Below are positions 1 through 14,199 of a stretch of 64,000 bases of DNA, in pieces (position 1 is the first letter of the stretch; each line of letters starts with the position of its first letter). The DNA lies in assembly GCA_951406725.2 (NCBI GenBank), contig OX597814.1:62372001-62436000 (forward strand), read 5' to 3'. The position numbers were made by a program, and so were the translations under genes. This DNA is from Octopus vulgaris (lineage: Eukaryota). The notes beneath the pieces were generated by a model. It did no database searches. It was not told the DNA's origin and worked only from the letters and a program-made list of their open reading frames with translations.

Positions 1-205
1 AAATGAGTTGCGACGTCACAGGTGCCAAGCTGTATCGGCCCCTTTGCCTTTCCCTTGGATAACACTGGTGACGTGAAGAGAGAAGGCCGGTATGCATGGG
101 CGATTGCTGGTCTTCCATAAACAACGTTGCCCGGACTTGTGCCTGAGAGGGTAACTTTCTAGGTGCAATCCCATGATCTGTGTCGTGACCGAAGGGGGTC
201 TCAGG
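1..205 (+). repeat. GC-richer interspersed repeat tail, truncated by window start (probably a SINE 3' part)
   Basis: GC-rich non-coding block in an AT-rich background ending before an A-rich run; family assignment is from recall only. Confidence 0.35.
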
Positions 206-416
206 GTAAAAAAAAAATCCACAAAAAAAACTGGCGTTTTTATGTTGTCTCCCATAACACTGGTGATTCGACAAATAGAGATCAATAAGTATTAGACTGA
301 AATAAGTACTGGAGTTGACATGAATGACTAAAGTCTTGAAGACAATACCCCAGCATGGTTGGAGTTCATTGAGTGAAACCAATAAAAGAACAATCCCCAT
401 TTTGTAAAAACTTATT

Positions 417-428
417 ACACACACACAC

Positions 429-481
<53 letters not shown>

Positions 482-518
482 CTCTCTCTCTCTCTCTCCC
501 ATCTCTCCCATCTCTCTC
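417..518. repeat. (CA)n + (CT)n compound microsatellite
   Basis: Directly visible. Confidence 0.95.
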
Positions 519-1435
519 TGACAAACTTTGAGGTGCCCCCTGCTTGGATACAAACCCAAAGGACTCAAATCAGGAAAATACTCTTACTCTATGTTACACA
601 ATTGTAAATTATCTTGGTGATAATTATATTGATTTCTTTCTATACCTCAGCTCAGCATTTTCTGTATGTATATATATATATATAAACTAGCTTGGATGGT
701 TTTTAAGCTAGCTTCTGTGGAGGGCACTTCATTGTGCCTTGAGCCCAATAATTACACTTCATGCATTGAGTACATATTAACCTTTTATTAAACTTGAACA
801 ATATTTTTAAAGCAATGAACAACTTTCGTCAAAACAATGATATAATATGTTGACTTGGAACTTATTGCAAAGGTTCATGATAAACAACACTTTTTGTCTT
901 CCCATTCGGGGGTCAGTACAATTTTTCTGTTTAACCTCTTTCTTTCTGTTGATTATTTCTAACCATCAGTACCACCACCATTGCCACCATAACTGCCATA
1001 CACACACCATTCAGACTTTTGTCGCCACCACAATCAACACCTTTGACTTCACCACCATCACCACTGTCTTTCACATCCCTTACTATCACCGTCATGCTTT
1101 ACCGCCTCAGCTGCCACCACCACATTCCTCACCCCATAGCCTATATACTACCTCAACTGCTCTCTGAATTCCTCCAAATGCCAACAGTTCTTTATCTCTC
1201 CTGCATCAAGAACATTTATTTCACATCAATTCCTTTCTCTGACACTGATAGTACTAGTCACCATTATCGTCCTTCAACATGCTTAAACAGCCAATCCCAA
1301 CTAGTGGGCTTCACAGTACAGGTTGTATTATTCATCCTTTTGATTGCTAAATACAAAACGTGGCTCATGAGACATCCGTTTAGGTGATTTTCTTGAGTCA
1401 CCATCTCACCCTTGTACGCTGATCTGTCACAAGAT

Positions 1436-1569
1436 TACCCATTTACAGCTGAGTGGACTGTGGTAATGTAAAGTGTTTTACTCAAGAACACATAGTCAAT
1501 GTGGGAATCGAAACCACGATCTCGCAATTGTGAGTGTAACTCCTTAACCAGTGGGCCACGTACCTTCAC
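1436..1569 (-). mobile_element. tRNA-derived SINE head (family C)
   Basis: Minus strand reads TGGCCCACTGGTT (A box) and GGTTTCGATTCC (B box); homologous to 43160-43285 and 49120-49195. Confidence 0.8.
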
Positions 1570-2274
1570 ATAGTACTAGTGCGCCCAACACACAAGGACT
1601 ACAACCTTTGACTTCTTACTGTCAAACTTAGTGTTTGTCAAAGTGTTGTTTCATTACCAACTGGATAACCAAACCACAGCTTTATCAATGTTACTTTTCA
1701 TATAATCACACATTACACAATATTGCTAGTCTGTACTTCAAATCAGCTGATTGATTGGAGTTTCACAGGTTCTTGACAGGACATCTGCTTCAGGACATCT
1801 ACTTCACTTTTGACATATTAGCGACCACTAAATTAGTGGAACCATTCTCTTAGGCATGTCTCTCCACATTCCTTACCACCAAAACATATAACCCCAAATG
1901 CCATAAGCGATTCACACTAGTACAAACGAAAATATGACCTCAAACAACTGAATAAATCATGAACCTCCACAAACTGGACAACTTTTACCATCACGGAAAC
2001 TTTTACAAGACCACCATCCAAAACCTGAAGGATGTCTCTATGCATTGCTCAGCACACAAAATATCTCACCTTCTAAAACTGCTGCTAATTGTCTTTTGCT
2101 AAAAGGATTGCAATTACTTTGTAGTGTCCTTCCTTATTCTCCTCTCCTCAACCATAATGGCCCTATGAACAATACTCGTGTAAAAATCCTCTGCATTTGC
2201 TGCCCGCTTTACATATAACTCCATACTGCTTTGACATGGTAAAACTTCTTCAAATCTGTCTCTCTCCACTCCTT

Positions 2275-2314
<40 letters not shown>

Positions 2315-4419
2315 CCACTTTCAGTAACTTCAAACCAACTTAGGCTACTAGCTCTGACAATGTTTCTTCTATTAACTTCAAACAATGTACTCAAAAGCTA
2401 TCACCTATCTTCGCCTTATTCATCAACCTCACTCTTTTTCCAAAGGGATCTATCGAGATATCGATCTTTGGAAATGGCTATTGTGTCCCGTTCCCACGAG
2501 GAGTAACTCTTCTGAACCCACTAATTTCTATATTGTCAGTGATACCATCATTCACTCTTCACTTACATTCTACACCATAAGCACCATCTACATGCAACAT
2601 AGATGATTCACGTCAAACCTGCATTATCTCTGTGAACTCGATCTCGTCTCATTCAATAACATAGACACAATCACTGCAAACATTGAGTAAATGATTTTTG
2701 TCCTCCACTTCCCTAGTTATAGACAACACACAATTAAGATCCACCCAACGTAACTGAAACACGCAATTAAGATCCACTAAAGTTTGCTGAGACTGTTCAT
2801 CTGTCTTGTTGATCCCACGTTCAAATAGAACAAAAACTGCATTCTCTAAACTTGTTATTCTCTTCAGTATTAATACTTTAGCATCAATAGTTGCTAGTTG
2901 TTGAGCTGACTTGGGTACCGAAGCAACACTTTTTGACTACGCTGTTCCAGAATTTAAGGACTGGAAACATGCGTCCACTGTTTTATTGTATTGAAAGACC
3001 TAACTATAACAATAAAGTTGATGTAAAATCTGCCATTATGTGTGTGTGTGTGTGTGTGTGTGTGTAGTTGTGGGGATAAATGTATGTGCTGGCTTACATT
3101 GTTAATGTAGGTGTGTGTGTGTTATGTGTGAAATTAGTGTGAATGTATTTTAGGGGAAGTGATGTTAGTGTGTGTGTCGGTAAGATGCACGAGTGTTGTG
3201 ACGAGTCATGTATATGTGTATGTAATAGGCGTGTTAGTGATGCCTTTCGTGTGTTATTGAAGTGTTAAAATTTAAAACACACGAAAGGAAATTTTTGGAT
3301 TGTGTGTATATTTGGTATATGTTTGGTGTAAGTGCGTGCCACAAAACACTTCAAACACAGTTCTCAGACGTTGGTGTCCACTTTTCAGCTAACACATTAT
3401 GCTAGTGGTTTTGTATTTTCAAGACAATAACTCAGTGTACGTGTTTGACATTGTCATGTTTATGAAATTTTGTCAGTGTAAATATGTCTTCACTGACGTA
3501 AGCAATCGTTTGCATTGTAATTTTATGCTAAAAGAGAAACAGCAAAGAAATATTTCCTTTCTGTTAATGTTTCAGTAATTAATTTCTAAAGTTTAAATAA
3601 TTATTATATTAGAAGACAACGCATGGCCTTGTAAAAAGAAAAAAGAAAAAAGGCTGCAATAAGATAAGGAAAGGAACTTCAATAATAAGACACAAAAAAG
3701 AGCAGGGATCTTAGTCATAAGCTTTAAATATTAGCGAAGTAGGTTTTAGGAAATATTCACTAATTATTAAGAAGAATAAAACATTTTGAAATTTAGGGAG
3801 GCATAAAATGTCATTGGCAAAAAAATGTGGGAAAAGATTTTGTGATGTCGATGAATTTTGTTTGAAGTATTATTTGTGTAAACTGTATTGGATGTAAGGC
3901 TTAAAGATAAACAAGCTACGGATTTGGGATTCATTATCTGTAAGGAACTCAAAATGATTAAAAGTACATTTTCACTTTATTTTGTGAGACTTGGTATAAT
4001 TTTATATACTTTTATATAGCTTTGGATCTCAAAATGTAAGTAAAGTTCATTAGATCCAAGTGGAAGACAAACTAGACTGAAAGCTCGCACACTAAATTAA
4101 ATATATAGGTCAGAAGTTCAAGATTTTAAAAGTAATTGGTATATAGGTCATGATTTTGTTACTTTTCTCAAGATCACGAAGAGTTTTGGGTGTTTAGCAT
4201 CAGATTAGTCCAAGTTGTACAGATTTATGCTCAAAGGTAATGTGTGATCTTGCTATTGTTTTAGACAGTTTGTCTCAAGAGTACATTGTCCAATATAGCC
4301 TTTTTAAAGTGATTTAAAATACATTTCGCTGTTAATTTTACAGATTGTGTCATCATAGAAGCGCCCTAACTGGTTCATAGGTATTATAGAAAGAATTGGG
4401 AAGCAAAGTCGGGTCTTGA

Positions 4420-4950
4420 AATTGCTCCACTCAGAATCTAATATATAAAAATGTAGTTAGATTGATGGCAAAGAAAAGTTATAAAAGAAAACCGACAAAA
4501 TTGGGAAAATATACGCCAAGAAAGTATGACATTGGAAACTGAATTTGATGTTAACCAGACTGTTAAAGATGAGCTAATGAGGGCTAAATAGCTCGGTCAG
4601 TTGTGCAAGGCAGTGCCGATGACAGATTGCAATGAGTGATTGTTAGGATGTTATTAAACGTACAGAACACTATAAGGGTAAATTAGAATCAAATATATAC
4701 GCGGCTCCGACAAAATATGAAACTTTTGACCAGCTTTTATTTGATTTCTATAAATGTATGAAAGATTTATTGGTGAATCGAGCGGTGCTTTTGCTTGATA
4801 AATTTAATGTGGAAAGGACTTTTGTTTTTTTTTTGACATCTCATACAGTCCATAATGAGAACCAATCTGTAGGGAGAAACTCTAGTCTGAGGTTGACATC
4901 TAGAGTGACTTCTTCAGGCCTATAGGAAGAGCTGAACATAGCATTGCATA
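4420..4950 (+). mobile_element. Possible highly degenerate pogo/Tigger DDE transposase fragment
   Basis: Patchy translation TFDQLLFDFYKCMKD..VNRAVLLLDKF and a T-S-x-L-Q-P-like segment resemble the DDE_1 pattern; many indels. Confidence 0.35.
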
Positions 4951-5789
4951 TTTGAAAACTTTGGAACGAGTAGTTGTTCTTGCCTGGATTGCTGATTGAG
5001 TCTTAAGTGTTTTAATTACACACACAATACGGTTACTGAGGACGAGACAAACCAGTAATTTCTCGGCTGATTGTTCACTAACTTATCTATCTCACTCTGA
5101 CTTTGTTAACAGAATCACAATAATAAAATTAAGATTTCTTTATTAGGGTATAAAACCTTAATAGTTATACAAAAAGTCAAGATAAAAAGCTGATGTGTTT
5201 ATTCTGAAGGATATGAGCGCATTAAACAGAAACTACTCCAAGAAATTCGATTGCCAGGTTATACATTTCGTTGCCAAAGAAAAAAATAAAAAAGTAAAAC
5301 AAAAACAAATCAAAACGAAACATTAAAATAGAACATGATATCGGAAATTGGCAAAATAATTTTTATACATCCCATCTGTGTTTTCTCCTCCTCTTCTATC
5401 GATCAGCTTTGTCGGTGACCAAAATTGGGCGTCACGGTTTCTTTCTAATTTTACACATTAATAGCAAATATTGAATTTTTAAACCGCTATAGGATTAATA
5501 CATATATTTCTAAATAACGCAGCACTAGTTTGATACGAAATACGACACATCGATCGGAATTGCTCGACTCTGCTGATATGATTAACTGTTACCTGTTATG
5601 GAATTAATTTATAGTGAGTCCCGAATCCCATTATATTGTAGAGGTACAAGTGAGATTTCTTCAGGTAGTATTAATAGAGGAAATCAGATTGGTTTTGGGG
5701 GTCCCCATTTCTAGAAGAGTAATATTTCCGCCTTGTTGGTAAACGAAACAGTTGTCAGGAAATGGGAGTTAAAATGAAATTTTTTAGAA

Positions 5790-5930
5790 TTCATTCTACT
5801 ATAGATACAAGGACAGCAATTTTTAGGGGAGGGGTAAGTTGATTATATCGCGCCCAGTGCTCAACTGATGCTTATTTTATCGATCTTGAAGAAGTGAAAA
5901 GCATAGTCGATCTCAGTGGAACTTGAACTA
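5790..5930 (-). mobile_element. Degenerate tRNA-derived SINE (family A)
   Basis: Aligns by eye to the family A copy at 55305-55537. Confidence 0.7.
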
Positions 5931-5998
5931 ATCACACTCGATGGCTAAGGGATCGGTAAATTTAAAGGCTAACTACATTTGATAATTTTGGATAATTA

Positions 5999-6367
5999 GG
6001 CGCAGGTGTGGATGTATGGTAAGAAGCTTTAATTTCTAATCTTATGGTTCCGGATTCAGTCCTACTGAGTGGCACCTTGGGCGAGTGTCTTCTACTATAG
6101 CCTTGGGCCGACCAAAGCCTCGTGAATGGATTTGATAGACGGAAACTGAAAGAAGCCCGTTGTATATATGTGTATGTGTGTGTGTGTGTGGTCTTTGTGT
6201 CTGTGTTTGTGCCCCACCATCGCTTGACAACCGGTGTCGGTGTGTTTAAGTCCCAGTAACTTAGCAGTTCGACAAAAGGAACCAAGCTTAAAAGGAAATA
6301 AGTACTAGATTCGATTCGTTTGACTAAAATTCTTTAAGGCGTGTCTCAGCATGGTCGCAGTCTAATG
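5999..6367 (+). mobile_element. Full-length tRNA-derived SINE (family B) with internal TG microsatellite
   Basis: GGCGCAGG..TGGATGTATGGT A box, GGATTCAGTCC B-box-like; homologous copies at 36150-36604, 44355-44715, 47515-47665. Confidence 0.9.
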
Positions 6368-6516
6368 ACGCGTAACTGGTACTTATTTAATCGACCCCGA
6401 AAGGATGAAAGGCAAAGTCGACCGTGGCGAAATTTGAACTCAGAACGTAACGGCAGACGAAATACGGCTACGCATTTCGCCCGGCGTGCTAACGTTTCTG
6501 CCAGCTCGCTGCCTTA
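6368..6516 (-). mobile_element. tRNA-derived SINE (family A)
   Basis: Minus strand GGCAGCGAGCTGGCAGAAACGTTAGCACGCCGGGCGAAATG..GAGTTCAAATTT; close match to 55305-55450. Confidence 0.9.
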
Positions 6517-7468
6517 CTGTCTATACGTATGCAGCATGAATATGATCTATGAGCGACATGTTCATAACATGCCAAATCAACTGAGGCAACACAGATACAA
6601 CATGCAATTTCGAACTTGAATCGTAGTTACAGTTGAAGTGACGTAAAGGTTTGCACGTAGGCGTAATTGGAACTTATTTTTCTTTTCCCATTTTTCAATA
6701 AGATGTAACCAAACCAACTGTACGGTTACAGTTTTAGAAATTGAAACGTAGAAAAGTTAAAGATCAAAGTGAAACTTAGAAACAAGAAGTTTGTATATTT
6801 TTGCCTGTATAAATATTTAGATAATTTTGAAAAGAGATGCATATTAAATGCAATAAAATATTTATTCGTTTCTCAAAACATTATTTAAAACAAATGAAAA
6901 CTATACTTTAAACGATATATATTTTAAATGACTGCACATTTAACGCATTTATTCCTACCACTTCATTTTAAAATTAATGAAAATTACATGCATTAAAACA
7001 GGTAAGAGACATATTTAAAATTATCAAACAAATTCATATTGTCCACCTTTGTATCAGTAAACTGAATTAAAAATTCTCGATGGTTTGTAGAATTTTCTTC
7101 GAAATTGTATTTGACGATTTGTAATTTAAGTTGCTGATACAAAGGAAGGCAATAATAATTTCTCATAGTCTCAAGAATTGTTTTTATCACTTTAAATAAA
7201 TATCGTTTTTAATTTATAATTTTCTTTACCTTGTTTTTTTTTTTTAAACATATCGTTTAGATACACATAATTTTCATTAATTATGAATGGAATGAAGAAG
7301 CGTCCTGTTGTTTTAATACACACAATTTCAAGGATAGTTTTAAATGGGAATTTTTATTACTTTCAAAATGATATTGATACAAGGGAAAAGACAAACAAGG
7401 GGCTCTTCCTGGCGAGCACTGCAATGCAAACCTAGACTAGCTCAGGAAACCCTCTTTTTGTATTTCCT

Positions 7469-8513
7469 GTTGGTCAAAAAGTTCGTTCTCTTTTTTAAAG
7501 GGAAAACGAGATGCAGGTTTTAAATATAAAGCGATCTATTCATTCAGTAATTGCCGCTTAATGTCAGTATTTTCTGCCAGATCATGGGTGGATCTATTAT
7601 TCCCTGCTCAAAGAATTTCCTGTCTTTACTGGCAAAAAACTCTTCCAGGTGAGCTTTTACGTCCTCTTCAAAGCTGAAATTCCATATCCCTTCAACGAAT
7701 TTTGTAGAAACAGGTGGAAATCTGAAAGCTCAAGGTTGTTCGAATATGGAGTGGGTGGTAAAACTTACTAACAAAGCCTCAGTAACATCTGCCGCGTCTC
7801 TTACGACTAGCAAATTCTGAATGCTTCTGGAGGATAGCTTTGTACAATTTGTCCTGCTGGTCACAGTACACATCCGAATTGATGAACCTGTTCGTGGGAA
7901 GAAGCTCGTAAAAGGCAACACCCTTCCAATGTCACCAAGTTGAAAGCAAGACCTTCTTCGTGTGAAGTCCTGCTTTGGAGGTTGTTTGCGGTGGTTCGCC
8001 GTGCTTCCTCCATGATTCTTTACGCATCTTCTACGAATCACAGATGGGCATTCGCTGGGCCATATTTTCATTGAAGCATCGAGCCTGCTAACATAACAAA
8101 GTTGATGCAGATAGTCTTCAACACTAGTTTTGGATGAGGAATATTTGAGATCATCCTTGTCTTATAAGTGGGCGTTGGTGTTAGTGTTAATCTCAGTTGA
8201 TCGGCCAGATTAGGTGCATATTGAACAGATAAATTTCCCGATCGAAAGCTTGCAAACTACTTCTAGCGCATTCGTTCCTTATCAGCGTCCTCTCCGTACA
8301 CAGGTTTCCGCTGCTTTCTTGTCATTTTTAAAATAAAAGGAAGCATGAGGTGTCGATAATGTTAATTTTGGTTCTCCATTTTTCAGGGTGATCTCATGCA
8401 CACCAAATACAATCAGTCTCGTCGCAGGTTCGCGTTAAACTACATTAGCGTGTCAGTATTTAACGAGTACGCATATGCAAAGGAAAAAAGCAAACAAACT
8501 TTTTGGCAAACCC
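7469..8513 (-). mobile_element. Internally deleted mariner (DD34D) transposon
   Basis: Imperfect TIRs at 7469-7496 and 8484-8513; minus-strand translation gives GEPPQTTSKAGLHTKKVLL, SDFHLF and FEEDVKAHLEEFFASKDRKFFEQGI. Confidence 0.85.
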
Positions 8514-9299
8514 TCAAAATAGTCGACAGTTTAGTGAATATCTTATCGCTTTTAGTATATTTAAATATAACGATTTCTGTTTCATTTTTCTTTATATACA
8601 TCATTTAAATAAGCCGCTTTCTTTCATTTTAAGGTGTGTGTGTGTGTGTGTGTGAATATATGTTTCATCGTTTTAAATATCATTTTAAATATATATTATG
8701 CTTCAAAAAAATTTACAGATGCAGAAAAAAAAAAAAAAGAAAATTCAACTTTGCAAGGCTTCTGATTTTTTTAAAATTTCGTTTTAGGCTTTTACTTTTC
8801 TAAATTTCATTTTTTTAAAAACTGTTAACAGGAAGTTGCAAAGATTTCACAACAGAGAGCGGAAGACACATAAGCTTTCGCTTAATTGCGAATTATTCAA
8901 TAAATGTTATTTTTCTTTTAAAACTTTTAAACTTCTAATATTTACTTCCTCCAAAATACTAAAACGAAAACAGTAAAAACAAAATTTCGAAATGAATGGA
9001 TTAGAGATAGATCTTTAAAAAAATGTTTAGTTGCAATTGAAAGAGATACTGGTTCTGCTCATTGCAAATTTTAAAAGTGTGACGTATATTTGCAAAAAAT
9101 ACTTCGATATGATCGTACATATAAAATTTTGAAATATTTATGTGCCAGTTTTCTGAAAGTAGTGTCATTACTTTAATGTATTAAACTTAGATACAAGGAA
9201 ACTCCTCGGCTCGAAGAAAGCATTGCCATATTGATGAACTGGTATTACGCAATAACGAACTGTGTTCGTTTAGTTGATTTATGTAAAAATGATATTAAC

Positions 9300-10981
9300 G
9301 TTATGATAGTGAAGTAAATTCCAAATTAAGAATGCAATGTACAAAGTGTTCAAAAGTGATATAAAAGTGATCAGTGTTAATTTTGAGGATGACATGAGGA
9401 TAAGTAATATACGAAACGGAATGTTTAATCTATTACTAGATGAGTCAGATATTTTATTGTTGAAAAAATATTTGAGATGGCTATCATATCCTTTAGTAAA
9501 ACAAGAGTTATCTCTGTACATCTTGATCTGGTAGAATTCGATATATGTGACATTGAAAGAACTGTGAAAGCTTTAACATAAACTAATGATGAAAAAAATA
9601 AAAATAATAAATGTAAAGTAACTTGTAGATATTGGTACAAATAATGCTAGTGCTATGGCTGGAATTATTAATTGTCTATACCAGAAGCTTACATCTGAAA
9701 ATTTAATAGTCTTTCATGCTTCTGCAGACTGTTTACAAAGTAGTTCAGAGTTTTTATATCAGAAACAAGCAAATGGTTTTCTTTTCCATCACGAACGTTA
9801 TGAAAACGTACAAGAGACAATTGATGACGGAGAAAACTCAGAAAATTTGCACGAATCTCAAAAGTAGATGGTTATCTGTCGATCTGTGGGAAAAATAATA
9901 ATGCATTAACTTGAATGAAAATCCCATTTTCAAATTATGAGAAACTGGAAAATGCTATACTGTTGAAATTTTTAATGAAATAAATGAAAATAAATTGGTA
10001 TATTTGTCATTCATGGTTTCCATTCTCGATGAAGCATAAAACATTTTTGTCAAAGACTGTTAATAAAGCCAAATAATTTAACATTATTGGCAAAATCATT
10101 ATTGACAAAATCATTTGAGCGTAAACTAAATCTATCAAACTCTGAAGATGATGTAATACTGAAGAATATTTGGACCCCATACCCTATTTCGGTTACATTT
10201 TAAAAATAACATTGAAGAATTCAAGAATCAAAATAAATTACCAAAAACGAGGAAGTGTTTATAAAGGAAACAACTTCAACAATCTTTTAATGCTGGTTCA
10301 AGTAGAGATTACCAAAATGTTTTAAAATTTCTAGAAACGTGTCATTTTTCTCTATTAGAAATATTTTTCAACTACTTTCTAAATTGATGGAATAATTTTT
10401 TTTGGGGGGCATCGAAAAATCTTTATCTATTGTTGAATATCAATATCATGTGTTATATTGGACCAATGAAACTGATATTGAACGTTTTTAGACTGAAATT
10501 TATCAATATAAAGCTATTTCTGGGTTATAATTCAAAGATTTTACAGACTACGCTATTTCAACCTTGATAATTTCTCCCGTCAGTGCACAAGTAGAAAGAA
10601 TATTTCGTAGAATGAGTAATCCTAAATTAAAGTTACGGAATAAAATGGAATCAAAGATTCTCAGTGCTATTTTATGCGTAAAATTTGCTATAAGATAGCA
10701 TAATAAATGTTACTGTAATTATAAATTCTCTGACAAAAATTCACAAACTATAGAAACAATGTCTGTTTATATTAACACTAATACTGAAGCAGCCCTAGCA
10801 ATCCCAATATTTGCCAGTCAGGACCATCTACTTCAACCATTAATATAGAATAATTTTATTAGAATAATGTTATGATAAATTTATAGTTTAAGCTAAATAA
10901 GTTTTGGTGGCCTTCCTTATTAAAGTAACGTTAACTATAGCATGTCTAGCTATAAAACCAAAATCTAATTTGGCAACATTG
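9300..10981 (+). mobile_element. Degenerate hAT transposon (ZNF862-like transposase)
   Basis: FNLLLDESD, GTNNASAMAG, dimerisation motif SPVSAQVERIFRRMSNPKLKLRNKM; candidate right terminus TTTGGCAACATTG at 10969-10981. Confidence 0.8.
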
Positions 10982-12129
10982 AGATTAAACTCGGACAAAA
11001 GCAACGTGTGTTAAGTACCTTGCTTTATCAAGATCACTGTGCCAAATGCCTGCAAACTAGCAATTCCAATTCAACTATTCTGCATATGCTCTATTACTAT
11101 TTTCGACTTTTGCGAATGACTGGGAGTTTAAGGTTGATCGAATATTCAGAATACTTCTGTAAACCAAATACACTTTAAACAAAACAAATTACAATAATCA
11201 AATTGAATGGCAACGGTAAATGAGCAGATTCACTACAATTTGTCAGACGTAAATTAATAGACTACTTGCCATTCTATTTCTCTATTCTGATGCAATAAAC
11301 TCATGCAATAATTGACTTTAATTAATATTTGTCTCATAAAGAAAATCGGTCGAATGATTCAGATTATTACTAATATAGACATCGCAATGCCAACTAACCC
11401 TATTAAATCAAATCAGTATTTTAAAACAGGAAACAAAAATTTTATCGTGTACAGCTTCTACTTTAATCTGATGCTATTAAGCAAAGCTATAACACAATTA
11501 AGTTTAAGTTATTAATATAATCATGTTAGACCACTGACACAAATATACATTATGTTAGAGATGTGTACCATAAGAGAATATGTAAGTAGTGCGTTTTAGT
11601 TGCTTAAGTAATAAGGCTCTAATTTACTGAATTCACTTAATGGCTGTAGCGTTTAGGCTTTATGATTTTAGGTCTGGTTTAAAGCGCAATTAGGATCTAC
11701 AGAGGAAGTATCCATGCATTCAAACAAGGTAAATTTTGATTTGCGGCATCACCATGATGGTCATTAACGTCAACATATAAACGAGAACTGATTTAAAGAG
11801 TGGGATTTTAGGTTTCTGGTATAACTAGATGTTTATTAATAAAGGTCACTGTACATAGAGTTTCTTGTTCAAGCATCTTATATATTTCCAGATCTTTGAG
11901 GAATGGGATTCTAACGTTGGTTTGCACAAGAGCAGAGTCCTTGGTGAATGAGAGAAATCTCATCTAATATACCACGTCTAAACCGACTTCTTCCAGAATT
12001 AACCGTATAAATGTTTCAAACTCATCGATCTGTTGGTAAATGTGAAGCTTTAGGTAAAATTATAAATAGCAGAAATTTTGATTTCAACTTGTTTATCCCT
12101 TTCTCGCCTTATGCTAGATAATTGATACA

Positions 12130-12378
12130 TCATCATCATCATTGTTCGACCGTGGTCGAGACAATGGAATTTACCATGCTACGCCAGACTTCACGGTCCA
12201 TCATGGCATTACGGAGGTCCTGTTGCTGGATGCCTGTATCCCTGGAGATTACATCAGGGTAGGAGAGTGTGCGCCCTCTGGTATTGCGAGTAGATGGCTT
12301 CCAGAGGAGAAGAGTAGAAATTACTTCTTTTTCAGCTCTACAACAATGTCCAGCAAACTGGACTCTCCTACCTATCAC
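12130..12378 (-). mobile_element. 5'-truncated RTE-clade LINE with (GAT)n tail and 12-bp TSD
   Basis: ORF 12139-12378 RRVQFAGHCCR..LLLWKP..AMMDREVWR; TSD ATAATTGATACA at 12118-12129 and 12379-12390. Confidence 0.9.
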
Positions 12379-12899
12379 ATAATTGATACAGTGATACTTT
12401 AAAATTCAATTAGACCCATAAAAATAATTATAGTTCGACACTCTGGTGAAATATACATCTAACAAACCGATGGCGACTGGGTATGATAACAATTCAGTAA
12501 AATATATAGGTTTTGGCTCAAGTAAAGATGAAGTGTGTTTAAACATTTTTGTAGTACAACTCAAACGGTAAAACAGACTAACGACATTTCTCAAAAAATA
12601 ACAGTAGCATATTATTTCCCGCACTCTTATGAAGATCTTATTTCTTTCTTATTCTACTTTGATAAAAAAGTTCAGTCGAAACCTCTGCCTTCTTACTTTC
12701 ATTTTCCTTTTTTCGACGAACAATCAGGGGAAGACACGAATCATCTCTCAGACAGAGAACATTCCATATCCCCTTCCGAATAGGCCTCAAGTTGAAGCGA
12801 GATTTCCTACTCCTGGCGGATGACACCTTTGGACCACTCAGGCGGCAACTCTCCAACCCATTATATCCGCCAAGCTTTCCCCCGTTCGATTGATGGGTG

Positions 12900-13375
12900 C
12901 CCTGACGGCTTTACCCCAGTCGCTTCATACAATGTGCCTTATAGGCAATTGAAGCACTTCTCTGGAGGAGAGAAGTTATGGGCTTTGTATAAAAGGTTGC
13001 TACTGGTAAGGGTTTTACGAGGTCAAAGTTCAGATCCTACCTCAATCTCTTTTAGTCGCCATTTACGACACGTAAAAGAGACGTTGGGTGTATCCTTTGA
13101 CATGTCGGTTCCCACACAACTCGGTCTGTTTGACCATGTTGCTCGATTTTTCGAAGTAAATCTCGCTTACTGTGTCCTCTTCACTGAGGATCCTATTGTG
13201 TTGGTCGACAACATTCAACATGGTTACAACAGATGAGGAGGTATCTCGTGGAGATGGGGAGTGACTGGGACACTGCTTGACGGGTCTCCCGGGAGAACCC
13301 TGGAATATACCGACAAATGGTGAATGCAGCATCGCGCTGCAACAGCGCCCCCCGCCACACCTATCTTGGTCTGGT
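12900..13375 (+). mobile_element. Degenerate RTE-like LINE 3' fragment
   Basis: QLGLFDHVARF (cf. LRLFGHVAR), STWLQQMRRYL and YRQMVNAA C-terminal motifs. Confidence 0.65.
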
Positions 13376-13574
13376 GTACGATGCATCGTTCTCAATTTTT
13401 CATGCTAATTTTTTATGTGTTTTCGTTTTGTCCACTGCCTTTTGAATATTTTTCTACCTTTTATAACCTTCCGCGTAGTTCAACTGTCCGTCTCTTATTC
13501 CCCTCATTCAATTTGTGCTCTTTTACACACACATGTACACACACACCACGCTTGCAGCGATTTACGAAAGAACA

Positions 13575-13634
<60 letters not shown>
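13575..13634. repeat. (TAC)n microsatellite
   Basis: Directly visible. Confidence 0.95.
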
Positions 13635-13636
<2 letters not shown>

Positions 13637-14199
13637 TTAATTTTGCGACACGCACCCATTAATAATTACGACAAGGTGGTTTACATGCGGCGATGTACGT
13701 ACATGATTCTATAAAAGGAGAGGTGGGCCAAGGCTGTTATACAATATATTGGGGCATTAATTTATTAAAAAGAAAAACTGAAATAAATATATAAATATAA
13801 TATAATTAAAAACTAAAACTAAAACACACACTAAACATAGGTGAGTGTGTGGATGAGTTGATCAGGATATCTTGTAAATGGATGAAATGGTAGCTGTAAA
13901 GTCAAAAATACTTATACAATCACAGGCGATTTTTTTTCGTTAATTATGGCTTATGCAGAGGAAGGGAAGAACAGATGATATTATAGCAGAGCTTCTAAGT
14001 TAAATGGGATAAAAGTAAGTAGAAACCACGACTGCAGTAGAAATAAATACATCCAGGTATCGAGTTACTATTAGTGCGTGTACAGGCGTGGCTGCGTAAT
14101 TAAGACGTTCCTGTTCTTGGGTAATGGTAGGCTTAATCCGGTTATTAATCTGGCTTTATATTTATTAATTTAGTTATACAGGTATTTTGAAAATACATC

